DNA from: Ignicoccus pacificus DSM 13166
GTDB lineage: Archaea > Thermoproteota > Thermoprotei_A > Sulfolobales > Ignicoccaceae
Length of the DNA stretch: 32,000 nucleotides
Assembly (NCBI GenBank): GCA_025340205.1
Contig: CP006868.1
Span: 150,001-182,000 of the forward strand
Reading direction: 5' to 3'
Shown here: positions 7,754 through 15,528 of the stretch, in pieces
Position numbering within the stretch: position 1 is the first letter of the stretch
Layout: every line of letters starts with the position of its first letter
Program-made: the position numbers and the translations under genes
Notes under the pieces: generated by a model
Databases searched by the model: none
Seen by the model: only the letters and a program-made list of their open reading frames with translations
What the model was told of the DNA's origin: nothing

Positions 7754-8602
7754 ATGGACATCATAGGGCTGCTGTTCTGGCTGTTGCTGTTCAGCGTCAT
7801 AGCGGAGCCACTGCTAGAGTACCAGAGGGTTAAGGCAGCCAGAATGGCCATACTAAAGAGAATAGAGGACAAGTACGGATACAGAGTAATAACCCTCATT
7901 CATAGACAAGAGAGAGTAGGCTTCTTCGGAGTTCCCATATACAGGTTCATCGACATAGAGGACAGCGAGGCCGTAGTGAGGGCGATAAGGAGCACTCCTA
8001 AGGATAAGCCGATAATGATAATCCTCCACACACCGGGAGGGATGGTGCTAGCCGCTTCCCAGATAGCCCATGCCTTGCACAAGCATCCAGCTAAGACCGT
8101 GGCCGTGGTACCTCATTACGCCATGAGCGGTGGAACCCTCATAGCTATAGCTGCTGACGAGATCTGGATGGACCCAGCCGCTGCCTTAGGCCCTCTAGAC
8201 CCACAGATCCCCGTCGACATGCAGCACTTACCGGCTCCCAGCTTGGTCAAGGTAATCAAGGAGAAGGGTAAGGAAGCCAGTGACAAGTTCTTAGTTTATG
8301 GAGACGTAGCTGAGAAGGCCTTAAAGGAGATGTACGATACAGTGCTAAAGTTCCTAAAGAGTAAGATGGATGAAGAGAAGGCTAAGGCTGTAGCGGAGGA
8401 ACTGGTAATGGGTAAGTACACTCACGACTATCCGCTCTTCTATGAGAAGGTGAAGGAGCTAGGCTTGCCGGTCAAGGACAAGGTACCTCCGGAGGTATAC
8501 GAACTCATGGAACTGTACCCACAGGCGCAAGCTCAGAGACCCGGAGTAGAGTACTTGCCTTACCACATGCCTCAACCGCAGAAGAGGTCAAACACAGCAT
8601 GA
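7754..8602 (+). CDS. membrane-anchored ClpP-fold serine protease (SDH / serine dehydrogenase proteinase family-like)
   Basis: N-terminal TM helix (IIGLLFWLLLFSVIA). Then ITLIHRQE...DIEDSEAVVRAIRSTPKDKPIMIILHTPGGMVLAASQIAHAL...VPHYAMSGGTLIAIAADEIWMDPAAALGPLDPQ, typical of this archaeal/bacterial ClpP-class family. Confidence 0.75.
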   Translation: MDIIGLLFWLLLFSVIAEPLLEYQRVKAARMAILKRIEDKYGYRVITLIHRQERVGFFGVPIYRFIDIEDSEAVVRAIRSTPKDKPIMIILHTPGGMVLAASQIAHALHKHPAKTVAVVPHYAMSGGTLIAIAADEIWMDPAAALGPLDPQIPVDMQHLPAPSLVKVIKEKGKEASDKFLVYGDVAEKALKEMYDTVLKFLKSKMDEEKAKAVAEELVMGKYTHDYPLFYEKVKELGLPVKDKVPPEVYELMELYPQAQAQRPGVEYLPYHMPQPQKRSNTA

Positions 8603-8608
8603 TTTTTT
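8603..8608 (+). terminator. oligo-T tract (T6) immediately after the protease stop codon
   Basis: TGATTTTTTG at 8600-8609. Archaeal intrinsic terminators are short oligo-T runs. Confidence 0.3.
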
Positions 8609-8798
8609 GAAAAATTACCTACCAGTGTAGAGGGCCTCCACGAGGTAGAAGTCCACCTCGTCCTCGGTTCTTTCCTCCACCTCATTCCTTCTAACCAGAA
8701 CTAAAGCCATTTCAGACCCCAGTCTTAGAAGTAAGCGTAGTTTAAGGGTACTAGTCTGAAAGATATTAAGACAGAAGTCGAAAAATTCTATTCAGAAC

Positions 8799-9341
8799 CT
8801 ACTTCCCCCAATAGTACTTGATGTAGGCGTTGAGTACTTTGACTCCTTGCGATCCCAGCTCGAGCCATATTAGGTATCTCCCCTCTCTCCAAAGGATGTG
8901 AACTCTATCCCTAACGTCCGGAATAATGTAGAACGTCGTGTTACCTATCTGATGAGGTATGGGCGTCCCGTAAGGTAGCTTACCCTGAAGCTGAGCTATT
9001 CTATTAACCATCTCATCTTCTAGCTTCTTAGCTATAACTGGGCTCTTGAGCTCAGCAATCCAAGCTATGGAACCATCGGAGTAAATGACTACGGCTCCGT
9101 TCACCAAGCCCTTTAACGCTTCTGGGTCCCAATGGATCGACTTAATCTTCTCTATTCCCTCATTGCCTACGTAGGCCTTCAGAACAGTGACGTTCCCTAT
9201 CCTCTCAGGGAAAGTCAAGATGGATGTGGTGGACGTAGCGGGAGATTGAGGATGATATGTTGTGTTGAAGAGGTATACGTCAGCAACTATACCTAAGGCT
9301 ATTACTACTAAGAGCGGAAGGGAGCTCTTAATGGACTTCAA
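8799..9341 (-). CDS. hypothetical membrane-anchored/secreted protein
   Basis: 180-aa ORF with a TTG start and an N-terminal hydrophobic anchor (KSSLPLLVVIALGIVADVYLF). No motif recognised. Confidence 0.55.
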   Translation of the reverse strand: MKSIKSSLPLLVVIALGIVADVYLFNTTYHPQSPATSTTSILTFPERIGNVTVLKAYVGNEGIEKIKSIHWDPEALKGLVNGAVVIYSDGSIAWIAELKSPVIAKKLEDEMVNRIAQLQGKLPYGTPIPHQIGNTTFYIIPDVRDRVHILWREGRYLIWLELGSQGVKVLNAYIKYYWGK

Positions 9342-9346
9342 GACCC

Positions 9347-9919
9347 TTGACCCTTAGGGATCTTGTGTCGGGGTTTAACTGCGACCTAGTCTGCGTAGAG
9401 GAACCTTGTTTCTGTTGGGATGATAGCGTTTACAAGCCGGCGGAGGACACGTGGCTTGCTTGGGAGCTCGTCGAGGAGCTTCCTTACGTCGGAGGTCTAG
9501 GCGTGGACGTGGGGTGCGGTTCTGGCGCCCTGCTGAACGTGATTTCCAAGAAAGTCGAGAGGGTTGTTGGCGTGGATCTGAACCCTTGTGCCGTGAAGGC
9601 TTGTAAGAGCTGTGGGTTCGAGGCACTCCTCTGTAGCTCTATGAGTTGCTTGAGGGAGGCGGACTTGGTCGTGGCTAACTTACCCTACCTCCCTTGTTCC
9701 GACGACATGAGCGTGTGCGAAAGCTATTTGCCTCAAGTGCTTGAAGGCTTGAAGGTTAAGGAAAACGGTTACTTGATATTGATATACTCGAGCCTAACGA
9801 CGATAGATCCATTAAGAATGCTTAAGGGATTTAGGATGGTTATGGAAAGGAAGGTGAATATGGGTATGGAAGAGCTAATAGGGATGGTCCTCAGAAGGGA
9901 GCCTCAGAACACCTTATAA
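9347..9919 (+). CDS. class I SAM-dependent methyltransferase, HemK/PrmC (Mtq2)-like
   Basis: Motifs: VYKPAEDTWL (typical N-terminal motif of archaeal HemK-like proteins), SAM motif I GVDVGCGSGAL, VVGVDLNPCAV, and an NPPY-type motif as VVANLPYLP. The start is uncertain (TTG 9347 or GTG 9365). Confidence 0.7.
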   Translation: MTLRDLVSGFNCDLVCVEEPCFCWDDSVYKPAEDTWLAWELVEELPYVGGLGVDVGCGSGALLNVISKKVERVVGVDLNPCAVKACKSCGFEALLCSSMSCLREADLVVANLPYLPCSDDMSVCESYLPQVLEGLKVKENGYLILIYSSLTTIDPLRMLKGFRMVMERKVNMGMEELIGMVLRREPQNTL

Positions 9920-9929
9920 TCCCCTTACG

Positions 9930-10023
9930 ATCAGCCCCCTTGAGAGGGAGAGGCTGATGCCCTGGGAATTGCGATAACTTCCGGCGGAGCTTCCTCCGCC
10001 TCGGTAACCCTATCCTACCAGGG
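9930..10023 (+). other. two adjacent stable hairpins in the 161-nt gap upstream of ilvB (candidate structured RNA or leader element)
   Basis: Hairpin 1: ATCAGCC+CCCT (9930-9940), loop TGAG, AGGG (9945-9948), 3-nt bulge, GGCTGAT (9952-9958). Hairpin 2: lower stem CCCTGG (9960-9965)/CCAGGG (10018-10023), asymmetric internal loop, upper stem GGCGGAG (9983-9989), loop CTTC, CTCCGCC (9994-10000). Confidence 0.25.
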
Positions 10024-10080
10024 AAGGAACCTCATCCCTTCGATCCTAGGTATAGGAAGAGATGTGAGAGGTGAGTATGA

Positions 10081-11814
10081 ATGCATGTGGCGGATGTTCT
10101 CTTAGAGTCTATGGAAAGGGAAGGTCTCCTAACGGTCTTCGGAATTCCTGGAAGCGCCAATCTGGGACTCTATGAGAAGATACCGGACCACAAGGTGAAC
10201 GTAATACTAATGAGGCATGAACAAGGAGCTGCTCACGCGGCGGATGCCTTTGGTAGAGTGAAGAGGAATGTTCCCGGAGTGGCCTTCGCTACCTCCGGAC
10301 CCGGAGCGACCAACTTGGTTACTGGACTAGCAAACGCTTACATGGACAGCGCCCCTATGATAGCCATAACCGGTCAAGTCCCTATGGCAGTTATGGGAAG
10401 GGACGCCTTCCAAGAAACCGACGTAGTTGGAGTCACTATGCCCATAACGAAACACAGCTTCTTGGTGAGGGATCCGGAGCACATAACTTGGGCAATAAGG
10501 GCGGCGAAGGTAATATCGATCACCAACAGGCCGGGTCCCGTTCTAGTTGATATTCCTAGGGACTTCTGGAAGGTGGACGTGGACTTCTACTGGCCTTCGG
10601 ACGAGGAACTCCTTAGGGAATGGATACCTGGTTACGACCCCAATCCCCCCAAGCCTTCCCCCGATCTAATAATGAAGGCGGCCAAGATAGTGGTTCAAGC
10701 CGAGAACCCCGTCATACTCGCCGGAGGAGGCGTCTGGTGGTCCGGTGCCACCCCAGAGGTCCTCAAGCTGGCGGAGGTCCTAATGGCACCCATAGTGACC
10801 ACTCTGATGGGTAAGAACGCCATTCCGGCTGATCATCCCCTATACCTAGGCCACGCCGGAATGCACGGAAGGCCAGAGGCCAACTACGCGCTATACAACG
10901 CCGACGTAGTAATTGCAATAGGAACCAGGTTCTCTGATAGAACCGTCGGGAACTTCGAGGAGTTCAAGAAGGGTAAGAAGATTATTCACATCGACATAGA
11001 TAAGAGCGAGGTAGGCAAGAACATAGAGCCAGATGTAGGTATAGTAGGAGACGCTAGAGAAGCAGTCAAGATGCTTAGGGAGTACATCGTGGATGCCCTA
11101 AACTTCAAGAGAGATATGGAAATTCCGCTTATCAAGAAAGCTAAGGAGTTCGGAGAGCAAGCCTGGGAGGTACTTCTAAGAGAAAGGGGTAGAGGAATGA
11201 AACCTTGGAAGGTGCTAAAGATAGTGAGGGAGGAGATGCCGAGAGACAGCATAGTAACGACTGGCGTGGGAGGCCATCAGATGTGGGCGGCCCTCCACTA
11301 CCCTGTCTACAAGCCTGGAACCTACCTAACCAGCGGAGGGTTAGGGACTATGGGCTACGGCTTCCCGGCAGCCATAGGCGCTAAGGCAGCCGCTCCGGAC
11401 AAGCCCGTCCTAGATATAGACGGCGACGGAAGCTTCCTCATGACCTCCCAGAACCTAGCTACGGTGAAACAGTACAACCTCAACGTAGGGGTTCTGATCT
11501 TTGACAACGGTTCTCTACAGCTGATAAGGCAGTGGCAAGACCTCTTCTTTGGTCACAGAAGGGTCGGCGAGAACCTGGCTTACCTACCGGACTTCGTGAA
11601 GCTGGCTAACAGCTTCGGAATAGAGGGGGTTAGGCCCGAGAGCTACGACGAGATGAGGAAGGCCATAAGGAGAGTGGCTCAAGGAGAAGCGCTCGTAATT
11701 GATTACATTGTGGACCCGGACATAATGGTGCTGCCGATGATAGCGCCCGGCAAGGTTATAGCCCCCGAGAATATCATCCTGACACCAGAGCAAGCAGCTG
11801 GAATCGTCGTGTGA
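10081..11814 (+). CDS. ilvB: acetolactate synthase (acetohydroxyacid synthase) large catalytic subunit, ThDP-dependent
   Basis: 577 aa. SD GAGGTGA at 10068-10074. Motifs: GIPGS, RHEQGAAHAADAFGRV, TSGPGATNLVTGLANAYMDSAPMIAITGQV, FQETD, and the ThDP motif IDGDGSFLMTSQNLAT...FDNGSL. Confidence 0.9.
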   Translation: MHVADVLLESMEREGLLTVFGIPGSANLGLYEKIPDHKVNVILMRHEQGAAHAADAFGRVKRNVPGVAFATSGPGATNLVTGLANAYMDSAPMIAITGQVPMAVMGRDAFQETDVVGVTMPITKHSFLVRDPEHITWAIRAAKVISITNRPGPVLVDIPRDFWKVDVDFYWPSDEELLREWIPGYDPNPPKPSPDLIMKAAKIVVQAENPVILAGGGVWWSGATPEVLKLAEVLMAPIVTTLMGKNAIPADHPLYLGHAGMHGRPEANYALYNADVVIAIGTRFSDRTVGNFEEFKKGKKIIHIDIDKSEVGKNIEPDVGIVGDAREAVKMLREYIVDALNFKRDMEIPLIKKAKEFGEQAWEVLLRERGRGMKPWKVLKIVREEMPRDSIVTTGVGGHQMWAALHYPVYKPGTYLTSGGLGTMGYGFPAAIGAKAAAPDKPVLDIDGDGSFLMTSQNLATVKQYNLNVGVLIFDNGSLQLIRQWQDLFFGHRRVGENLAYLPDFVKLANSFGIEGVRPESYDEMRKAIRRVAQGEALVIDYIVDPDIMVLPMIAPGKVIAPENIILTPEQAAGIVV

Positions 11815-11815
11815 G

Positions 11816-12109
11816 GTGATGGGAATGGAGCAAGAGACTTATGTGATCAAGTTCTCAATATATGCCGCCGTGGATGGAGGACTCGACGGCCTCGCTAGGG
11901 CCATTCACGTAGTTAGGAAAGCACCGGTACAGTTCCACGACATGGCGGTTATAGATTCCGGGAAGACTAAGGAGATAACTCTTAGGGTATCCGGTAAGAA
12001 GAAGGATATAGACTGGCTGGCGAAGAAGTTGGAGAAAGTGGTAGAGGTATTAGAGGTAAAGGTGCAAGCGATGCCCACAGAGGTATCCTTAATGATCTTA
12101 CATCAATAA
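11816..12109 (+). CDS. ilvN: acetolactate synthase small (regulatory) subunit-like, single ACT domain
   Basis: Lies immediately downstream of ilvB. SD GAGGTGA (11812-11818) overlaps the ilvB stop. The likely real start is ATG 11825 (MEQETYVIKF...). The ACT-like layout YVIKFSIYAAVDGGLDGLARAIHVVRKAPVQFHDMAVID...ITLRVSG...LAKKLEKVVEVLEV resembles short IlvN/IlvM-type subunits. Confidence 0.6.
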   Translation: MMGMEQETYVIKFSIYAAVDGGLDGLARAIHVVRKAPVQFHDMAVIDSGKTKEITLRVSGKKKDIDWLAKKLEKVVEVLEVKVQAMPTEVSLMILHQ

Positions 12110-12118
12110 AAAGTTTTA
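12107..12118. terminator. shared A/T tract between convergent genes (T5 on the minus strand, T4 on the plus strand)
   Basis: TAAAAAGTTTTA spans both stop codons (ilvN TAA 12107-12109; minus-strand gene TAA at 12118-12116). Confidence 0.3.
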
Positions 12119-13282
12119 CTTGAGGCCAAGCTCTGGTTTGGCCGGAGCCGGAACTCCTTGTACGTTCAGTTGTAGCTTGTATCCCCTAACGGCCCATCCT
12201 CCCTTTGCTGTGAAGGTGGTACAAACGGTGAACGGTAGCTCGTTTATGCTGAACCCGGTCTTCTGAACGGTCACATCCGGTAGGAAGCTTCTATCTTGTA
12301 TTACCTCGAGCACACCGGTTAAGGTGGGTACTTCCTTGAAAGGAACTACGTTGGGTACGTAGACGCAACCCTTAACAGAGGAGCCCGAGGGCACCTTGGT
12401 AACCTCGCTGTTTCCTTGGTAGTACTTAGCCCAGAGGTTCGGAGCTATGAAGTAGTAATAGTAGTTGTATGCCGGCAAGAAGGCCACGATAGTCTCTTTC
12501 TCTCCTACTTCGCTAACATATATTCCGTTGGGATAATCCAGTAGCGGTCCAGTCAAGCCCAGTGCCAACCTGCCTATCTTGTTGGGGATACTCAGCGTGT
12601 AGGTCACGCTCTGCTTCGGCGCCAAGGAGCCGGTCTTCAAGGTCATATCGGGGGCTTCAACCATGTCAACCGCGACCTTGAAGCTAACCTCCTTGTTGCA
12701 TTTGTTAGTTATAGTTACATTGAAGGAGGAACCTATTGGCAATAGCTTTTCGGGTTTGAACGTGACGTTGAGACAGCTTTGAGAAGCTGGGAGAACTCTC
12801 AGGTAGCCGTACCTGTAGAATATTATCTTGCCCTCTTGGGTCTTCAGCGTCACATCCACGTAGTAGCCCAAGAAGTTCTGAAGGACTACGGAGATCTTCG
12901 GTATGTTTACCTTACCCTTGGATATTTCTGAAACTATCTTGTTAAGCTCGTTAGTTTGTATCTCAGTCGCCTTTTCTGGCTTTAGAGGCACCATGACACA
13001 ATGAGTGCCACTCAAGTAGAAGTGGAAGGTGTCTTGGAGGGACGGCGCAGTCCCTCGAACGTCTGCGTAAAGCTTCGCCGTCACCTCAGCGCTGGTGCCG
13101 TTCAAGTTAAAGCACAAGAAGAATATCTTGGGCTCGTTCAATCTCACGTAGACTACGGGAGCTCCCTTTTGGAGGACCACTCCGTTAGGACTCTGTTGAA
13201 CTATCGCTTGGTACCACTGAACGGTGAACTGACTCGCTAAGAGGGTTACTAGAAGGGCCAAGCTCACAAGGAGAACTCTCAT
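12116..13282 (-). CDS. secreted / cell-surface hypothetical protein
   Basis: 388 aa with an N-terminal signal-like segment (MRVLLVSLALLVTLLASQ). The sequence is beta-rich with several N-x-S/T sequons (NGT, NVT x2). No catalytic motif recognised. Confidence 0.6.
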   Translation of the reverse strand: MRVLLVSLALLVTLLASQFTVQWYQAIVQQSPNGVVLQKGAPVVYVRLNEPKIFFLCFNLNGTSAEVTAKLYADVRGTAPSLQDTFHFYLSGTHCVMVPLKPEKATEIQTNELNKIVSEISKGKVNIPKISVVLQNFLGYYVDVTLKTQEGKIIFYRYGYLRVLPASQSCLNVTFKPEKLLPIGSSFNVTITNKCNKEVSFKVAVDMVEAPDMTLKTGSLAPKQSVTYTLSIPNKIGRLALGLTGPLLDYPNGIYVSEVGEKETIVAFLPAYNYYYYFIAPNLWAKYYQGNSEVTKVPSGSSVKGCVYVPNVVPFKEVPTLTGVLEVIQDRSFLPDVTVQKTGFSINELPFTVCTTFTAKGGWAVRGYKLQLNVQGVPAPAKPELGLK

Positions 13283-13397
13283 GATCGCTTACCCGCATAA
13301 AGTCAGCAAGCGAGGATTATAGATGGGGTCTCTGGTCACTTTCAGCTAACTCTCTCTGCTTTTCTCCTCGGTCGCGCCCTCTAAACCGGCGGCGCTC

Positions 13398-14540
13398 TTG
13401 GACGTATTCGTTGATCTATTTTTAGAGAAGATAAGGATCAGAGGGAGCGATCTCAAGTTCAATGCTAAGATCCCTCTAAGACCATTACCCAAAGGTGAGG
13501 AAGTAGAGCAAGCGGGAGTGGACGGCGGAGGTGGAGTCCTGAAGCTCGAAGGGGGTAAGGTGCTTTACATCGCGAGAGCGGTAGCTGTGAGCTCTGATGG
13601 TATGATTAGAGATATGATAGTTGAAGTGAATCCTTGGGAGAGCAAACCCCTTTTGGAATCTATGAGAAGCTACGTGGAATTGAGTGCAGCATCAAGGGTA
13701 AAGGATAAAGAACTGTTAATGGACGGATCATATTACACAGTCGTAGTAAGGTGGTTGCAGAGGGTAGCGCGAGTCGCGCTGATGAAGGCCAAGACCTCGG
13801 AAATTCTATCCCTTCCCTATACGTTGCTTGCATTAGAAAAGCTTGTTGATATCGTAAAAAAGAAGCCGATCTTCGTAGCTAAGAGTCCAAGGTTCAAGGT
13901 ATTTAAGGATTACTTAATATTGAAGGAATTATACGAGAGAACGGGATATGAAAAGTTCTACTTCTTGATGAAAAGCCCCGAGTTAGACAAGAAAGAATTA
14001 ATCCCCTATCTAAGGGATCCCAACGCTAGAGATTTGGTTCAAGTTCTCTTGAGCGCCGCGATAAGCGACGTCGACATGATAGAGGGAGAGGGATACACCT
14101 TCGGTTTAGAGCTAGGACTTCCGAGAAAGATAAGGAGAATATTATCTCCATCGATGATAAGAGAAATAGTTCAGATGGCGAGGGAGAATTATGAGATGAC
14201 TACGGGAGAGGAGGCGCCTAGGGTTAACTTAGAGGAGCTCTGTTACCTCAAGTCTCCAGTGCTCTGGTGGGTGAGCACTGGAAGGGTAAAGTTCACGGTA
14301 GAGGAGGCCTCCGGTCAACCTCTCTGCATCTCTTCAGTCAGAAGAGAAATCGATGCGGCTCCCTCCGCTCTCCCTCACTTGGTGGCCCATGAATACAACC
14401 CTTGGTTAGCGTTGGCTCACACCATAAGCACTCTCAAGGGGGAGCAACTGATGGTATACGCTCAACTGCTTAAGGCACGCTTAGGCATAGGTATGGAGGT
14501 GATCCGTGAAGATTTGTTATCCACCTCCAGGTCTAGATGA
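13398..14540 (+). CDS. nurA: NurA-domain nuclease-like protein
   Basis: 380 aa with a TTG start. The order of motifs matches the NurA family: GVDGGGG (family DGS motif) followed by a beta-hairpin (VLYIARAVAV), acidic YVELSA, LLMDGSYY (second DGS), FVAKSPRF, AISDVDMI, and C-terminal PWLALAHTIS (conserved His region). Confidence 0.5.
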   Translation: MDVFVDLFLEKIRIRGSDLKFNAKIPLRPLPKGEEVEQAGVDGGGGVLKLEGGKVLYIARAVAVSSDGMIRDMIVEVNPWESKPLLESMRSYVELSAASRVKDKELLMDGSYYTVVVRWLQRVARVALMKAKTSEILSLPYTLLALEKLVDIVKKKPIFVAKSPRFKVFKDYLILKELYERTGYEKFYFLMKSPELDKKELIPYLRDPNARDLVQVLLSAAISDVDMIEGEGYTFGLELGLPRKIRRILSPSMIREIVQMARENYEMTTGEEAPRVNLEELCYLKSPVLWWVSTGRVKFTVEEASGQPLCISSVRREIDAAPSALPHLVAHEYNPWLALAHTISTLKGEQLMVYAQLLKARLGIGMEVIREDLLSTSRSR

Positions 14541-14552
14541 GGGGGAGAGAGA

Positions 14553-14795
14553 ATGCTACACATGGCGTTTCAAGACTACATAATTGTGGCGAATCCCGGC
14601 GATGTCATAACTCCATTCCAGACCTTAGCAACCAACGGGATTCTCACGCCTCTACAGAACTTGATCCAAAACGTCATAGCCAACTACACTCCAGAGTACA
14701 TAGTGCCCGCCACGATAATGTACATAGTAATATCTATGTTCATATTGGCTCTCTTCCTGTACATAGTAACCAGGATAGTATCCCCTATAATATGA
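14553..14795 (+). CDS. small tail-anchored membrane protein (80 aa)
   Basis: ATG lies 6 nt after GGGGGAGAGAG. It has a single C-terminal TM helix (ATIMYIVISMFILALFLYIV) and sits 12 nt downstream of the NurA-like gene. Preferred over the overlapping His/Ser-rich frame 14537..14809. Confidence 0.45.
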   Translation: MLHMAFQDYIIVANPGDVITPFQTLATNGILTPLQNLIQNVIANYTPEYIVPATIMYIVISMFILALFLYIVTRIVSPII

Positions 14796-14805
14796 CTCTT
14801 TTTGT

Positions 14806-15126
14806 GTGAAGGAAATGTCAGTTTATTACATACCCCAATGGCTCTTAGTTTTCACAGCTGCCCTCGCTGTTCTCGCCTTTTGGTACCACGCCTTAACGCT
14901 AACGGCGGGTACCTTCGCTGCAAACGTTCCCAGAAAGGGATATTGTTCATTTATGATACTGGGATGGGCCTTGTTGGTGGGCGTACAAGAAGCCTCCTAT
15001 TTCTTGGCTTACTCCTTAGGAATCGCCGTATTTGAGGATCCGTTTCTAAACATGATATTCCTAGGATCCGCTCTCCTCTCCTTGCCTGCTCTCCTCTTCG
15101 CTCTCCAATGCCTCATTGAGCACTAG
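14806..15126 (+). CDS. small polytopic membrane protein (about 3 TM)
   Basis: 106 aa (GTG 14806 or ATG 14815). Hydrophobic helices: WLLVFTAALAVLAFWY, FMILGWALLVGV and IFLGSALLSLPALLFAL. Confidence 0.5.
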   Translation: MKEMSVYYIPQWLLVFTAALAVLAFWYHALTLTAGTFAANVPRKGYCSFMILGWALLVGVQEASYFLAYSLGIAVFEDPFLNMIFLGSALLSLPALLFALQCLIEH

Positions 15127-15525
15127 GTACATCCCTTCTTCGGTATCCAAGAGAATAGCTTTTACTCCCTCAACCTTCCCTTCGTACACGTAAACGTCTT
15201 CTTCTACCTCATGCCAGTTAAGCTTGTTCAAGTCCAAGTTCTCAGGGGAGTGCCTTAGAACGGCGACTCTCCTGAGCTTCACCGGCCACTTGCTCAGCTC
15301 TCCGGCAGGCCCCTTTCCTATGGCCTTTCGATAGGTAATGTTCCCCTCTCTTATCACGTATTCGACGAACGTATCTTTAACATAGTCGCTAAGCTCCATC
15401 TGCTCTACAGCTTTCTTCAATTCACTCTTAGGAACCTCTTCACTAGAGACGAGCTTAAGGACTGGGATCTCAACACCTTCAAAACTAAGCTTTGTGACCT
15501 TGTACGTCCTCTTGATCACCGGCAA
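15061..15525 (-). CDS. hypothetical soluble protein with an acidic C-terminal tail
   Basis: 154-aa ORF, last gene of a minus-strand operon, 3 nt downstream of the MFS gene. Its 3' 66 nt overlap the convergent membrane-protein gene. No family recognised. Confidence 0.5.
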   Translation of the reverse strand: MPVIKRTYKVTKLSFEGVEIPVLKLVSSEEVPKSELKKAVEQMELSDYVKDTFVEYVIREGNITYRKAIGKGPAGELSKWPVKLRRVAVLRHSPENLDLNKLNWHEVEEDVYVYEGKVEGVKAILLDTEEGMYLVLNEALESEEESRQGEESGS

Positions 15526-15528
15526 CGC

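Noticed and set aside
9375-9626. 83-aa Arg/Pro-rich minus-strand ORF
   Set aside because: It is antisense to the methyltransferase gene, including its GCGSG SAM motif. The extreme basic, low-complexity composition is typical of shadow frames.
9957-9977. Mini-ORF MPWELR upstream of ilvB as a possible attenuation leader peptide
   Set aside because: It has no run of Ile/Val/Leu codons and no terminator/antiterminator alternative with an oligo-T tract. Attenuation of this kind is also not established in archaea.
9960-10023. H/ACA guide RNA interpretation of the stem / internal loop / stem element upstream of ilvB
   Set aside because: The shape (lower stem, pocket-like loop, upper stem) is suggestive. 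But there is no ACA/ANA box after the lower stem (the sequence continues AAGGAACC) and no GA-rich K-turn/K-loop in the apical part. I report it only as an unclassified structured element.
10620-10814. 64-aa alternative-frame ORF inside ilvB, and similar short internal ORFs in the track (for example 1354..1596, 2247..2564, 3756..4034, 5224..5490, 6531..6722, 10986..11252, 13001..13240, 17350..17900, 18167..19375, 22427..22735, 23429..23871, 25816..26094)
   Set aside because: All lie inside, or antisense to, longer ORFs with strong family motifs or clear membrane/protein character. None has independent support.
14537-15035. Alternative-frame ORFs 14537..14809 (90 aa, His/Ser-rich) and 14802..15035 (77 aa)
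   Set aside because: They overlap the 14553..14795 and 14806..15126 ORFs. Those ORFs encode clean transmembrane helices and, for 14553, have an SD-like GGGGGAG at the right spacing. The competing frames look compositionally random.
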